From the NCBI GenBank assembly GCA_016182555.1, contig JACPGJ010000005.1, positions 1-62,525 on the forward strand: a DNA stretch of 62,525 nucleotides, given 5' to 3'. Origin of the DNA: Candidatus Kerfeldbacteria bacterium. Its GTDB lineage: Bacteria > Patescibacteriota > Patescibacteriia > UBA9570 > XYC2-FULL-38-9. The notes beneath the pieces are model-generated. The model was not told where the DNA came from. It searched no databases and saw only the letters and a program-made list of their open reading frames with translations. The position numbers and the translations under genes are program-made. Each line of letters starts with the position of its first letter. The first letter of the stretch is position 1. Shown in pieces: positions 18,746 through 27,480 of the stretch.

Positions 18746-19746
18746 GCGGTTGTTGCATTAGTTGGTTCAATCGACCACTGGCCATTTGTACACTGCAGAC
18801 GACCTGGAACAGTAAACCCTGCCGCTTTTTTATGACCACCTCCACCAAGTAGTATAGCAAGTTTTGAGACATCAATCAATGGGTGCGTCGTTCGAAGGCT
18901 TCCTTTTATGATGCCTGGTGTGCGTTCATAGAGCACCATTACCGCCTTTGCTGTCGTTTGGTCATCAAGCGAATTCAAAAAATTGGCGACACCTTCAATG
19001 GCAGTTTCTGTGGCGCCGCATTCTTCCAAATCTTGTTGGGTAATAACAGTGGTCACGATACCAGAGTGGCTTTGTGTTAATCGTTCCAATGCGCGTCCCC
19101 ATAATTTCAACGTATTCACCGAACGATTTTGTAGCGTATGGTTGGTAATTTGTCGTAGGTTTGCGCCTTTAAGTAACAGTTTCGAAGCGGCGGTAATGGC
19201 AGAAGCGGTGGTGGCGAGGTTCGTAAAGCCGCCGGTATCGGTAATGAGGCCAGTCATTAAGCAGGTGGCGATTTGTTTGTTAAGGACGTTTGCTGAATTG
19301 AGCAGTTCATGAACAATTTCACAAGTCGATGAAGCGGTGGTCATGACGAGGTTGATATGACCGTATTGCGCGTTCGTTGCATGATGGTCAATATTGATAA
19401 TCGTAAAATCGTGCGATAGTTTATCCACGTAATCCGCAATACCACTATATTTAAGATCGCCCGCATCAAAAACAATGAGCAAATCAAATTGAGCGTTAGC
19501 TGGATGCCAGTGTTCGGGACTAGTAGTAATTTTTTCTTTTCCTGGCAGAAAATGCAGCGTAGGTGAAAGAGTATCCACGCAGAAACAGGTATGTGGTTTG
19601 CCGATGATATCCAGATAATGTGCCACAGCAAGTGATGCCCCAGCCGTATCTCCATCTGGTTTTTGGTGCATCACTAACATCACGTGCTGCGCCCGGTCAA
19701 TGGCTTCAAATATTTGTTTATAAATAGATGTGTAATTGTTTGTCAT
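18742..19746 (-). CDS. nrnA: DHH-family phosphoesterase (NrnA-like bifunctional oligoribonuclease/pAp phosphatase)
   Basis: [22 protein letters not shown] (DHH), C-terminal DHHA1 [10 protein letters not shown]. Confidence 0.85.
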   Translation of the reverse strand: MTNNYTSIYKQIFEAIDRAQHVMLVMHQKPDGDTAGASLAVAHYLDIIGKPHTCFCVDTLSPTLHFLPGKEKITTSPEHWHPANAQFDLLIVFDAGDLKYSGIADYVDKLSHDFTIINIDHHATNAQYGHINLVMTTASSTCEIVHELLNSANVLNKQIATCLMTGLITDTGGFTNLATTASAITAASKLLLKGANLRQITNHTLQNRSVNTLKLWGRALERLTQSHSGIVTTVITQQDLEECGATETAIEGVANFLNSLDDQTTAKAVMVLYERTPGIIKGSLRTTHPLIDVSKLAILLGGGGHKKAAGFTVPGRLQCTNGQWSIEPTNATTA

Positions 19747-19818
19747 AAAGATGAAAAACAGGTCACTCTATATGAGGACACACTGGTTGTCAAGCGCAAG
19801 CATGTCCAGCATAAACAG

Positions 19819-20151
19819 TTATATGCTGTCCATCACATCAAAAATACGTTGTGCTTTAATTTCACGTTCATCAAAGAGGAAATTCAGGTGCGGAATAAAT
19901 TTTGTTTTCATCCGTTTGCTTAAGCATTTGCGAATCACTCCACGCCGAGATTCAATCATTTTTATGGTTGATACTCGTTTATGATCTGGCAGCACCGTAA
20001 GATAGACAGCGGCGGTTTTTAAATCTGGAGCGGTTTCGACATGCGTAATGGTTACAAAAACATCCAACGGTAATTCAATTTCACGAGCAATAATCTCTGC
20101 GACATGATGACGCACCAGTTCATTCACTCTTCGCATGCGGTCTCCGGCCAT
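19819..20151 (-). CDS. rbfA: ribosome-binding factor A
   Basis: RMRRVNELVRHHVAEII..., 110 aa, immediately downstream of infB. Confidence 0.85.
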   Translation of the reverse strand: MAGDRMRRVNELVRHHVAEIIAREIELPLDVFVTITHVETAPDLKTAAVYLTVLPDHKRVSTIKMIESRRGVIRKCLSKRMKTKFIPHLNFLFDEREIKAQRIFDVMDSI

Positions 20152-20165
20152 ACACTATTCTGCGG

Positions 20166-22148
20166 TTATTCTAATGTTCTCTCTTTCTCCTGAGCTTCGT
20201 AGGCTTCAATCGTGTCTCCGGTTTGTACATTAGGGGTGCCATCAATTCGCAAACCACATTCTGAACCAGAGGTCACTTCCCCAGCATTTTTTTTCTCCTT
20301 TTGTAGTTGGCCAATGGTTCCTTCAGCAACCATTTGTCCTTTGCGTACAATTTTTACCGGAGCATGATTTTTCATCACACCATCTTCTACACGACCACCG
20401 ACAATAATATGATTCGTACCCGTTTTGAATACCGCTAACACGCGTAAACTGCCAATGCGTTCATAGGTTACGGCCTTGCTCAACAATTTTTGTAATCCAT
20501 CTTTCACGGCATCAATTAACTCATAAATAATTTCAAATTGTTTGATTTCTACCTGTTCATCGCGTGCAAATTTTTCTGCTCCTGGTGTAGCGCTCACATG
20601 AAAGCCGATCACGAATGCGCCAGAAGACCGAGCGAGGGCAATATCATTTTCAGTAACGTTTCCTAATCCTTTTTGAATAATTTCTACACGGACTTCTTCA
20701 TGAGTAATACCATGCAGCGATTGAATAATGGCTTCAAGCGACCCTAACTTATCCGCCCGCAAAATAATCGGCAGAGAATTTTTTTCTTCATGACGGTCTT
20801 TTTTCTGTGTGCGTAAAAATGAGAATGAATCGTAGGCTTTGACGTGCTGTTTTAATATTTTTTTGTCTTTCACCACTTGCAATACATCTCCAACCACCGG
20901 TGATTTTTTCAACCCCAATACTTGTACAGGCATCGAAGCATCGGCTTGCTTCACTTCACGGCCTTGCCAGTTTTTCATGGAACGAACGCGACCTGGCACA
21001 TTGCCAATGAGAATAATATCGCCAATGCGAAGTGTGCCATTTTGCACCAAGACTGTCGCCACCGGGCCTGTATGTTTATCGACATGTGATTCAATAATTG
21101 TTCCCACCGTTTCGCCCTTCGGGTTGGCCACAATATTTTCTTTTTCCATTTCTGCCAGAAGCAACAACGTATCTAAGAGTTCATCAATATGTTTGTTTTG
21201 CATTGCGCTCACCGGCACACAGATTGTTTTTCCTCCGTAATCTTCAGGAATGAGGTTCAGTTCAGATAACTCTTTTTTCACGCGGTCAATATCTGCACCC
21301 GGTTTGTCGATTTTGTTGATGGCAACAATAAAGGGCAATTTGGCCTCTTCCATAATATGAATCGACTCGATCGTTTGCGGCTTGATCCCATCGTCTGCGG
21401 CAACCACTAAAATAGCAATATCGGCCACGCGGGCACCACGAGAACGCATGGTGGTAAATGCTTCGTGTCCAGGCGTATCAATAAAGGTAATCAGCTTCTC
21501 GTTGCGTATGACTTGATAGGCACCAATATGTTGTGTAATTCCACCCGATTCTTTGGCTACCACATTGGTTTGGCGAATCGTATCGAGCAATGTGGTTTTG
21601 CCGTGGTCAACGTGGCCCATAATGACCACCACGGGTGGGCGTGGTAACAATTTTTCCGCATCTTCTCGTTCTAAACTTTCGGTAATGAGGTGCGATCGGT
21701 CTTCCGGTTTGTTCACGTCTTCTTCTCGAACTCCTAGCTCGGGCTTGAAGCCCATGTCTTCGGCAATAATGGCAGCAGTTTCAAAATCGAGCGTTTCATT
21801 AATGGTAGCCATAATACCGTTGCGCATGAGAATCGCAATCAGGTCCGCTACTCGTTTTTGAACGACATCGGCGAATTCTTTCACCGTAATTTTTTCAGGA
21901 ATTTTCAATATACGCTTGGTTGCAGCATCCGTGGCGGTTTCTTCTGGTGTGGGCGGTTCATCTGTAGCAAAAATGCTGCGTTTTCCGGCCAGTTTTCGTT
22001 TTTGTTTAATGGCATCAATAATTTTTACAGCGACCCGATCGTCAATTTTAATGGCACGTTCTCCAATATCAAAACCCAGCTCTTGCACCAGGGTGAAGAA
22101 CTCCTCTTTGGTCATCTTTAATTCGCGATAGAGCTCTGTAACATTCAT
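20166..22148 (-). CDS. infB: translation initiation factor IF-2
   Basis: [25 protein letters not shown]-domain motifs. 660 aa. Confidence 0.95.
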   Translation of the reverse strand: MNVTELYRELKMTKEEFFTLVQELGFDIGERAIKIDDRVAVKIIDAIKQKRKLAGKRSIFATDEPPTPEETATDAATKRILKIPEKITVKEFADVVQKRVADLIAILMRNGIMATINETLDFETAAIIAEDMGFKPELGVREEDVNKPEDRSHLITESLEREDAEKLLPRPPVVVIMGHVDHGKTTLLDTIRQTNVVAKESGGITQHIGAYQVIRNEKLITFIDTPGHEAFTTMRSRGARVADIAILVVAADDGIKPQTIESIHIMEEAKLPFIVAINKIDKPGADIDRVKKELSELNLIPEDYGGKTICVPVSAMQNKHIDELLDTLLLLAEMEKENIVANPKGETVGTIIESHVDKHTGPVATVLVQNGTLRIGDIILIGNVPGRVRSMKNWQGREVKQADASMPVQVLGLKKSPVVGDVLQVVKDKKILKQHVKAYDSFSFLRTQKKDRHEEKNSLPIILRADKLGSLEAIIQSLHGITHEEVRVEIIQKGLGNVTENDIALARSSGAFVIGFHVSATPGAEKFARDEQVEIKQFEIIYELIDAVKDGLQKLLSKAVTYERIGSLRVLAVFKTGTNHIIVGGRVEDGVMKNHAPVKIVRKGQMVAEGTIGQLQKEKKNAGEVTSGSECGLRIDGTPNVQTGDTIEAYEAQEKERTLE

Positions 22149-22219
22149 CGTCTATCTACATTATAGATATCGTAGGCGGTTGTCAATCATTTGGTCTTCT
22201 GTCGCGGGTTTTTACTCCT

Positions 22220-23005
22220 CTACTCGTTAACATGGCGGAGTTTTCTGTTGGGTCCAACGATCACTTTTATTCCTTGTGGAATGATTTCCACTGTGCAGGG
22301 TGTATTGACTGTGGCAATACCATCGACACTGAGCGTCACCGCATCGCCAGTTGATTGTACATCAACATGTTGTGCTAAAAATAAACTTTCTCTTTTTTTT
22401 GATGCGCGTCCAAACGGTAACAATTTTTTTGCAATGAGTGGTTCAACAATAATAGTCAATCGTCCATCTGCAGCGTCTGCAAGCTCAAGTTCGGGGGCAC
22501 CCACAATATCACCCATGTTCAGTATTCGCACCTCGTTCATCTGGTTAGTGGATTGTATGGAATATGAACGATCACAGCGCATCGATAAGTGAGTGCCATT
22601 GTGTATCACTCGTACGGATCCTAAAAAATACTGGGTTCCAATTTTACCAACATCGAGCGTTGTATATCGACGCCTGGAGATTACACTACATGCTTCTTCT
22701 CCAATCGGCATGCCTAGCGCTTGTGCGAATCGTGAATCCGGATCAAACGGGATAAACCCCAACGCCACATTGAAGGGGGCAATAATATTGACGAGTGTCG
22801 CAAACGTTTTATCATTTCCAACGGCGACAATTGTTTGTGCACCGTGTTTAATAGAATCTTCAATTAATTCTTTTGCGTTTTTAAAGATAGATAATTTTTC
22901 AATACGACCGTTAATACCTAAGTCAATCAAGCGCGTTTCCATTTTGTTAAGCGCGGCTTGATATTTTTGATCTTGGATAAATTTGTCGTAAAAATAAAAA
23001 TACAT
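22220..23005 (-). CDS. diacylglycerol-kinase catalytic-domain (YegS/BmrU-like) protein with degenerate GGDGT motif
   Basis: TIVAVGNDKTFATLVNII...VALGFIPFDPDSRFAQALGMP follows the DAGK_cat pattern (vavGGDGT...lgiiP.GtgNdfar.lgip), but GGDGT is GNDKT. Confidence 0.5.
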   Translation of the reverse strand: MYFYFYDKFIQDQKYQAALNKMETRLIDLGINGRIEKLSIFKNAKELIEDSIKHGAQTIVAVGNDKTFATLVNIIAPFNVALGFIPFDPDSRFAQALGMPIGEEACSVISRRRYTTLDVGKIGTQYFLGSVRVIHNGTHLSMRCDRSYSIQSTNQMNEVRILNMGDIVGAPELELADAADGRLTIIVEPLIAKKLLPFGRASKKRESLFLAQHVDVQSTGDAVTLSVDGIATVNTPCTVEIIPQGIKVIVGPNRKLRHVNE

Positions 23006-23049
23006 ATCATGTTCTGCTTATCCTCCATTCAGTCCTCATTGATGTATCA

Positions 23050-23466
23050 TTATTTTTTTGTTCCGCCGGTTTTTGATCCGGTATCATTTTTTTTCTCTCC
23101 AGTCACGCACTGGCCTTGCATAATCGCACCAGTATCAATCGAGATAACCTGCGTAGAAATATCGCCATACACGCGTGAAGACGCGGCAAGTTTTGTGGTA
23201 CCGGAAGTTGCAATATTCCCATGCACCTCTCCGGCAACCGTCACATTTGCTGCTGAAATGTTTGCTTTAATGTTTGCTTCTTTCCCAATGGTAACATCTT
23301 TGCTGGTCGTAATGGTTCCCACCACTTCACCTTCAATAAGCATATTATCTTGGCTAGTAAATGTACCTTCTACTTTTACCGTGTGGCCAATAACCGTTTC
23401 TGCCACGCCGTGCATGCGTTGTTCTGCTGGTTCTTGATCCCCTCCTTTTGAAAACATGGCTGCCAT
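23050..23466 (-). CDS. bactofilin (polymer-forming cytoskeletal protein)
   Basis: Repetitive beta-helix pattern VIGHTVKVEGTFTSQDNMLIEGEVVGTITTSKDVTIGKEANIKANISAANVTVAGEVHGNI. Confidence 0.8.
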   Translation of the reverse strand: MAAMFSKGGDQEPAEQRMHGVAETVIGHTVKVEGTFTSQDNMLIEGEVVGTITTSKDVTIGKEANIKANISAANVTVAGEVHGNIATSGTTKLAASSRVYGDISTQVISIDTGAIMQGQCVTGEKKNDTGSKTGGTKK

Positions 23467-23576
23467 AGTGTGCGTGAATATTTAGTAATAATGAATATCA
23501 CCAGGGTAGCCAAATCCTTGGGTGTTGTCAAAATAGAAAAAAAGATATTTAATATAGAGGTATCTGTTTTTGCAGA

Positions 23577-23786
23577 ATGACAGATGGTTCACCCTCATTA
23601 AATAATCACCACGCTATGGAGCAACAACTCCGACACCAATACATTCAACGCGATTTGTTATTAATTTTGTGCCTTGTGGTTTTTATGCTGTTTGTGCTCT
23701 CGGCATTGAAATACGCGGATACGCATTATGGAGTTATTGATCGTTGGTCACACGCGTTCTATCAATTTGTATTGAGGCAAAAATAA
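23577..23786 (+). CDS. small hypothetical membrane protein
   Basis: 69-aa ORF with one hydrophobic helix (LLLILCLVVFMLFVLSAL). No other support. Confidence 0.3.
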   Translation: MTDGSPSLNNHHAMEQQLRHQYIQRDLLLILCLVVFMLFVLSALKYADTHYGVIDRWSHAFYQFVLRQK

Positions 23787-23835
23787 TTTTAGTGAGCATA
23801 TATTTTGCTAATATTAGCCAAATATATATATTTTT

Positions 23836-23907
23836 GTCCCTGTAGTTCAATGGATAGAACAAGGCACTCCTAACGCCTAGATGGTGGTTCGACTCCTCCC
23901 GGGGACA
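23836..23907 (+). tRNA. tRNA-Arg (anticodon CCT)
   Basis: Acceptor GTCCCTG/CGGGGAC, D arm GTTC..GAAC, anticodon loop CTCCTAA (31:39 is an A-C mismatch), T arm GGTGG-TTCGACT-CCTCC. No CCA. Confidence 0.8.
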
Positions 23908-23914
23908 CATCCAT

Positions 23915-23987
23915 GGGCCTGTAGCTCAGCTGGTAGAGCGCAGCATTCGCATTGCTGAGGTAAGCGGTTCAAGTCCGCTCAGGTCCA
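23915..23987 (+). tRNA. tRNA-Ala (anticodon CGC)
   Basis: Acceptor GGGCCTG/CAGGTCC with G3:U70, anticodon loop TTCGCAT, T loop GGTTCAAGTCC. No CCA. Confidence 0.9.
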
Positions 23988-24046
23988 CTACGGCATTTGC
24001 CAATGCGCATGGGTGCATGTAGAATATTGAAAGTTTTATGAATTAC

Positions 24047-24120
24047 GGACGGTTAGCTCAGTTGGTTAGAGCGCACGATTCACATTCGTGAGGTCACAAG
24101 TTCGAATCTTGTACCGTCCA
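24047..24120 (+). tRNA. tRNA-Val (anticodon CAC)
   Basis: Acceptor GGACGGT/ACCGTCC, anticodon stem CACGA/TCGTG with loop TTCACAT, T loop AGTTCGAATCT. Confidence 0.9.
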
Positions 24121-24139
24121 CATAGGTATATATTGAAAA

Positions 24140-24155
24140 TGTTCCACGTGGAACA
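24140..24155. repeat. perfect palindrome TGTTCCACGTGGAACA (copy 1 of 4)
   Basis: Core GTTCCACGTGGAAC at 24141-24154. Lies between tRNA-Val and tRNA-Ala, 4 nt before tRNA-Ala. Confidence 0.95.
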
Positions 24156-24159
24156 ATAT

Positions 24160-24236
24160 GGGCCATTAGCTCAGTTGGCTAGAGCGCTTCCATGGCATGG
24201 AAGAGGTCGTCGGTTCAAGTCCGATATGGTCCACCA
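24160..24236 (+). tRNA. tRNA-Ala (anticodon GGC)
   Basis: Acceptor GGGCCAT/ATGGTCC with G3:U70, anticodon stem CTTCC/GGAAG with loop ATGGCAT, encoded CCA. Confidence 0.9.
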
Positions 24237-24262
24237 CAGTAAAATAGATAAAACATAGATAT

Positions 24263-24697
24263 ATGGGATTAGAAATCTATCGTGCGGCAGAATTGCGCCG
24301 TACAGCGTATCGAGATATCAAAGATGGCCCAAAAGAAAGAAATATTGATGAGCAAATTGAAATTCATTTTCGTGGTGGCGACTTGTGTAGTGATGTTTTA
24401 GGTGGTTTGGTGCCACTCACTATGGTGCTAAGAAAAGAAAGATTTGAATCATTACGACCAATGCTTTCGTATGAAGAGTATGTTCGAACGAGTTTTAGTG
24501 GCTATGGTACGGAATATGTAGATGCTGTACTGGAAAGAAGTAATAAGAGCAAGATTTTGGAATATAATCGTCTTGTTTCAGATTTTAATGCGAGTATTCC
24601 AAGAATTGTTCAGGAAAAAGATTCGCAGGCAGTAAGCGTTTTTGAAACAAATATTACAGCTCTTTTTTCGCCGTCAATGGGTGAAACTATTCATTAA
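24263..24697 (+). CDS. hypothetical protein (144 aa)
   Basis: Clean ORF in a coding-dense context. No motif recognised. Confidence 0.5.
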   Translation: MGLEIYRAAELRRTAYRDIKDGPKERNIDEQIEIHFRGGDLCSDVLGGLVPLTMVLRKERFESLRPMLSYEEYVRTSFSGYGTEYVDAVLERSNKSKILEYNRLVSDFNASIPRIVQEKDSQAVSVFETNITALFSPSMGETIH

Positions 24698-24701
24698 TTT
24701 C

Positions 24702-24725
24702 AAATTGTTCCACGTGGAACAATTT
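24702..24725. repeat. perfect 24-bp palindrome AAATTGTTCCACGTGGAACAATTT (copy 2 of 4)
   Basis: Starts 4 nt after the stop of ORF 24263-24697 and ends 6 nt before the NUDIX ATG. Confidence 0.95.
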
Positions 24726-24731
24726 AAAAAT

Positions 24732-25178
24732 ATGTACAGAAAACCAAAAGCAGGAATAGATTATGTTGGTGTATCTATCGTCTTTTTTTGTCATGATGGG
24801 CAAGGTCGCGTTTTAATGGCAAAACGAAGCGAAAATGCTCGTGATGAACACGGTAAATGGGATATTGGCGCGGGAAAGGTAGAAGTCGGTGATTCGGTTG
24901 AAGAAACATTGCATAAAGAGATTCAAGAAGAATATTCAACAGAAGTGATCTCTTATGAATTTCTTGGTTTTCGAGATGTGCACCGTATGCAAAACGAGGT
25001 GCATACCCATTGGATTACTTTGGATTTCAAGGTGCTTGTCCGGCCGGAAAACGTTGCCATTGGTGAGCCAGCAAAATTTTCTGATATTGGCTGGTTTAAT
25101 AAGAACCAGATACCTTCAAATGAGCAGCTTCATTCACAACTGCCATTCTTTTTTCAGAAATATAGCGAACAGTTGTAA
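24732..25178 (+). CDS. NUDIX hydrolase
   Basis: ATG 24732 (in frame within track ORF 24642-25178). Nudix box GAGKVEVGDSVEETLHKEIQEEYS (GX5EX7REUXEEXGU pattern). Confidence 0.85.
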   Translation: MYRKPKAGIDYVGVSIVFFCHDGQGRVLMAKRSENARDEHGKWDIGAGKVEVGDSVEETLHKEIQEEYSTEVISYEFLGFRDVHRMQNEVHTHWITLDFKVLVRPENVAIGEPAKFSDIGWFNKNQIPSNEQLHSQLPFFFQKYSEQL

Positions 25179-25197
25179 ATGTTCCACGTGGAACATT
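25178..25197. repeat. perfect 20-bp palindrome AATGTTCCACGTGGAACATT (copy 3 of 4)
   Basis: Overlaps the last base of the NUDIX stop codon. Ends 17 nt upstream of the -35 of the next promoter. Confidence 0.95.
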
Positions 25198-25214
25198 GGA
25201 TTCACCAATTGCTA

Positions 25215-25243
25215 TTGACAAAACGTGAATTTTCGTGTAATAT
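25215..25243 (+). promoter_or_regulatory. sigma70-like promoter
   Basis: TTGACA (25215-25220), 17 nt, TAATAT (25238-25243), 39 nt upstream of ATG 25283. Confidence 0.6.
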
Positions 25244-25282
25244 TTATAATTGTAACTACCTAATAATTTCATTTAAAAAAAT

Positions 25283-25450
25283 ATGGGATGTGGAGAAAAT
25301 TGCGCTTGCAGCGCGGTAAAGGAAGCAGAACTTCCAACAATGGAAATGAAAGACGCACACGGATGCTCTTCAGATGAGTGCAAGAACGGTGAATGTGAGA
25401 ACTGCAAAGCTGAAGGTGAACAAAAAGAGCATGCAGGCCACTGCTGCTAA
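25283..25450 (+). CDS. small Cys/His-rich protein, metallothionein-like (55 aa; below the ORF-track cutoff)
   Basis: Hand translation: MGCGENCACSAVKEAELPTMEMKDAHGCSSDECKNGECENCKAEGEQKEHAGHCC* (10 Cys, 3 His, CxC/CxxC/CC clusters). It has its own promoter and terminator. Confidence 0.55.
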   Translation: MGCGENCACSAVKEAELPTMEMKDAHGCSSDECKNGECENCKAEGEQKEHAGHCC

Positions 25451-25471
25451 CGGTATTCAGTAAACAAATAG

Positions 25472-25499
25472 GGCCAGCATAGCGCTGGCTTTTTTGTTT
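25472..25499 (+). terminator. rho-independent terminator
   Basis: GCCAGC (25473-25478) / GCTGGC (25484-25489) stem, 5-nt loop, TTTTTTGTTTT. Confidence 0.75.
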
Positions 25500-25507
25500 T
25501 TCACAAA

Positions 25508-25525
25508 TTGTTCCACGTGGAACAA
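25508..25525. repeat. perfect 18-bp palindrome TTGTTCCACGTGGAACAA (copy 4 of 4)
   Basis: Immediately after the terminator of the Cys-rich ORF, between convergent genes. Confidence 0.95.
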
Positions 25526-25564
25526 AAAGAAGGTACAGACTATTCATCTGTACCCAACCCCTGC

Positions 25565-25840
25565 TTACCAATGATTATTTTTTCGATATTTTAACCATTG
25601 ATAGGAGAGAACTATTGTGCAGACAAATCCCGCCAAATCTGGCGGTATCTGCCACCAAGAAGCGCTGAGGATCCCATAGGCGATCCGGGAACCATAAACG
25701 ATTCCGGGAAGGAGAATCAATGCTGGGTCGATCCCGCATCGCTTCTCCTGGTTGTTTTTTTTGATCTGGCGTGGAAACGCCAGAAGCGTCATCAATAATC
25801 CAGAGCAAAATACTATACCTCCAAAGACATCTTTCATCAT
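25565..25840 (-). CDS. PQ-loop / SemiSWEET-like small membrane protein
   Basis: 91 aa with 3 hydrophobic helices. LLAFPRQIKKN...RIAYGIL resembles the SemiSWEET pattern (lPQ..k....s..g.s...w..YGil). Confidence 0.5.
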   Translation of the reverse strand: MMKDVFGGIVFCSGLLMTLLAFPRQIKKNNQEKRCGIDPALILLPGIVYGSRIAYGILSASWWQIPPDLAGFVCTIVLSYQWLKYRKNNHW

Positions 25841-25988
25841 TTATCCCTCCACAACAGTTCGATTTCTTCATGAAACCGAACAGATTAGTATACATAATTA
25901 TATTAAAAAAACAATATAAATTATTTAAAATTTGCAAAAAAATATAAATTGTATATTATAAAGTATACAAAAATAATTTTTTACCTCT

Positions 25989-26765
25989 ATGATCACATAT
26001 CATGAGCTGCATCAACAATTGTACAATTCGCTTACCGAGCTTGGTTTAACTGAGAACGAAATGAAGTTATACACACTCTCATTATTTCACGGTCCGCGAC
26101 CTGTAGCACAGCTTGCTCAGCTTATGGGTATTCCACGACCGAATATCTATAAACTTATTGTTGGACTTGAAGCGTATGGCCTTGCTCATTTTTCCCATCG
26201 CAAACGATATACACGGACATTTGTTGTAGAACCACCAAGCGCGCTTCTTGAACAACTCAGAAAAAAAAGAGAACAGATAGTCAAACTTGATCAAACCGTT
26301 ACAATGCTCATGCCAGATTTGTATGCGCTATACCATCAAGGAGAAACGCCAACTAAAATTCAGATTCTCTCTGGTGCACATCAGTATGAAAAAGCGATTC
26401 GAGAGATGTTTGATGAAGTTAAAGACGAACTTTATTTTTTTGGCTCAGTGTCACATTTTATTGATTCAGTATCGCCACAAGTATTCAGCCGCCTAACAGA
26501 GCGGCGTATTGAGCGACAGATTTGCCTAAAAGCAATGATGGTCGACGAACCCCATGTTCAAGAATTAATACAGCGTGCAAAAGAAGAATTAAGAGAAGTC
26601 AAACTGCTTCCGCAAGACAAGCAGTGCATTACGTCATTTCAACTCTCTGCTCACACCGCCCTCATTTGGCAACCAGCCGCGCCATTGGCTGTGCGGATTC
26701 AAGATGAATATATCGTTGCAATGCTGAAATTACTATTTGAACAAGTATGGAGCTCCACTCCATAA
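25989..26765 (+). CDS. TrmB-family (winged-helix) transcriptional regulator with C-terminal domain, copy 1
   Basis: N-terminal LTELGLTENEMKLYTLSLFHGPRPVAQLAQLMGIPRPNIYKLIVGLEAYGL fits the TrmB HTH pattern. Same ~255-aa architecture as 38280-39044 and 47962-48765. Confidence 0.75.
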   Translation: MITYHELHQQLYNSLTELGLTENEMKLYTLSLFHGPRPVAQLAQLMGIPRPNIYKLIVGLEAYGLAHFSHRKRYTRTFVVEPPSALLEQLRKKREQIVKLDQTVTMLMPDLYALYHQGETPTKIQILSGAHQYEKAIREMFDEVKDELYFFGSVSHFIDSVSPQVFSRLTERRIERQICLKAMMVDEPHVQELIQRAKEELREVKLLPQDKQCITSFQLSAHTALIWQPAAPLAVRIQDEYIVAMLKLLFEQVWSSTP

Positions 26766-26850
26766 TCAGCAATAACGTGAAGATGGTTTCATTGACAGCA
26801 GTCTCATTTTGAATTATACTGAAACTATACCATTTTACTTTTTTAATAAT

Positions 26851-27480
26851 ATGGTTAAAAAACTGAAACGTATACAAGTAGAAGAAAAACTCAAAACCCT
26901 CGGACTACTCGTCTTTACTCCACAACAGTTCAAAAATATTTTTGGAGTGACCAAAGAAACGGCTTCCGTGTTTATTTCTCACAATATCAGCGTAGGGGGT
27001 ATTTTCATCAAGCTGCGCAATGGGTTCTACACGGTGAAAGATGCCTACGTTTCGCATTTTTTTATAGCAAACAAACTCTATGAACCTTCATATATTTCCA
27101 TGGCTACCGCGCTGTCCCATTATGGTATTATTCCGGAAGTCGTCTACACCATCACATCCATCACGATAAAAATTTCCCGCGAATTCAACACCCCAAAAGG
27201 CGTTTTTCTTTACCAACATATCAAAAAAGAAGCATTCACGGGCTATAGCTTACAACATATTGATAACACCAAAGTACTGATCGCTGCACCAGAAAAAGCG
27301 TTGGCCGACTATCTGTATTTTGTGGATTTAAAACGAGTTTCTTTAAACGATCGATTGGAATTAAAAAACATCAAAAAATCTGTGCTTCTGGAGTTCGTCA
27401 AACTATTCGAACGCCCGAGCATGTTACAATTAGTTGACCATATATATGTTGCATATAAAAAACCTCGAACAATTTACTGA
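26851..27480 (+). CDS. abiEi: AbiEi-family antitoxin-like protein (type IV TA), copy 1
   Basis: ATG 26851 (track TTG 26809), preceded by TTGACA-17-TATACT. N-terminal wHTH-like segment (VFTPQQFKNIFGVTKETASVFISH...LRNGFYTV), then PSYISMATALSHYGIIPE typical of AbiEi. Directly upstream of AbiEii. Confidence 0.7.
   Translation: MVKKLKRIQVEEKLKTLGLLVFTPQQFKNIFGVTKETASVFISHNISVGGIFIKLRNGFYTVKDAYVSHFFIANKLYEPSYISMATALSHYGIIPEVVYTITSITIKISREFNTPKGVFLYQHIKKEAFTGYSLQHIDNTKVLIAAPEKALADYLYFVDLKRVSLNDRLELKNIKKSVLLEFVKLFERPSMLQLVDHIYVAYKKPRTIY

Noticed and set aside
20839-22131. Several 60-133-aa ORFs on the plus strand inside infB
   Set aside because: All lie antisense within a 660-aa gene that has canonical IF-2 G-domain motifs.
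24140-25525. CRISPR array or integron cassette array interpretation of the GTTCCACGTGGAAC palindromes
   Set aside because: The spacing is irregular (about 560, 480 and 330 bp), and the intervening DNA is made of genes, so this is not a CRISPR array. No integron integrase is present and the palindromes are far shorter than attC sites. Cassette-like behaviour remains only a hypothesis in the finding.
25269-25937. Minus-strand ORFs 25269-25571 (100 aa) and 25575-25937 (120 aa)
   Set aside because: The first overlaps the promoter- and terminator-framed Cys-rich ORF and crosses a terminator and a palindrome. The second is an alternative frame over the SemiSWEET-like gene (25565-25840), which has the better membrane-protein pattern.
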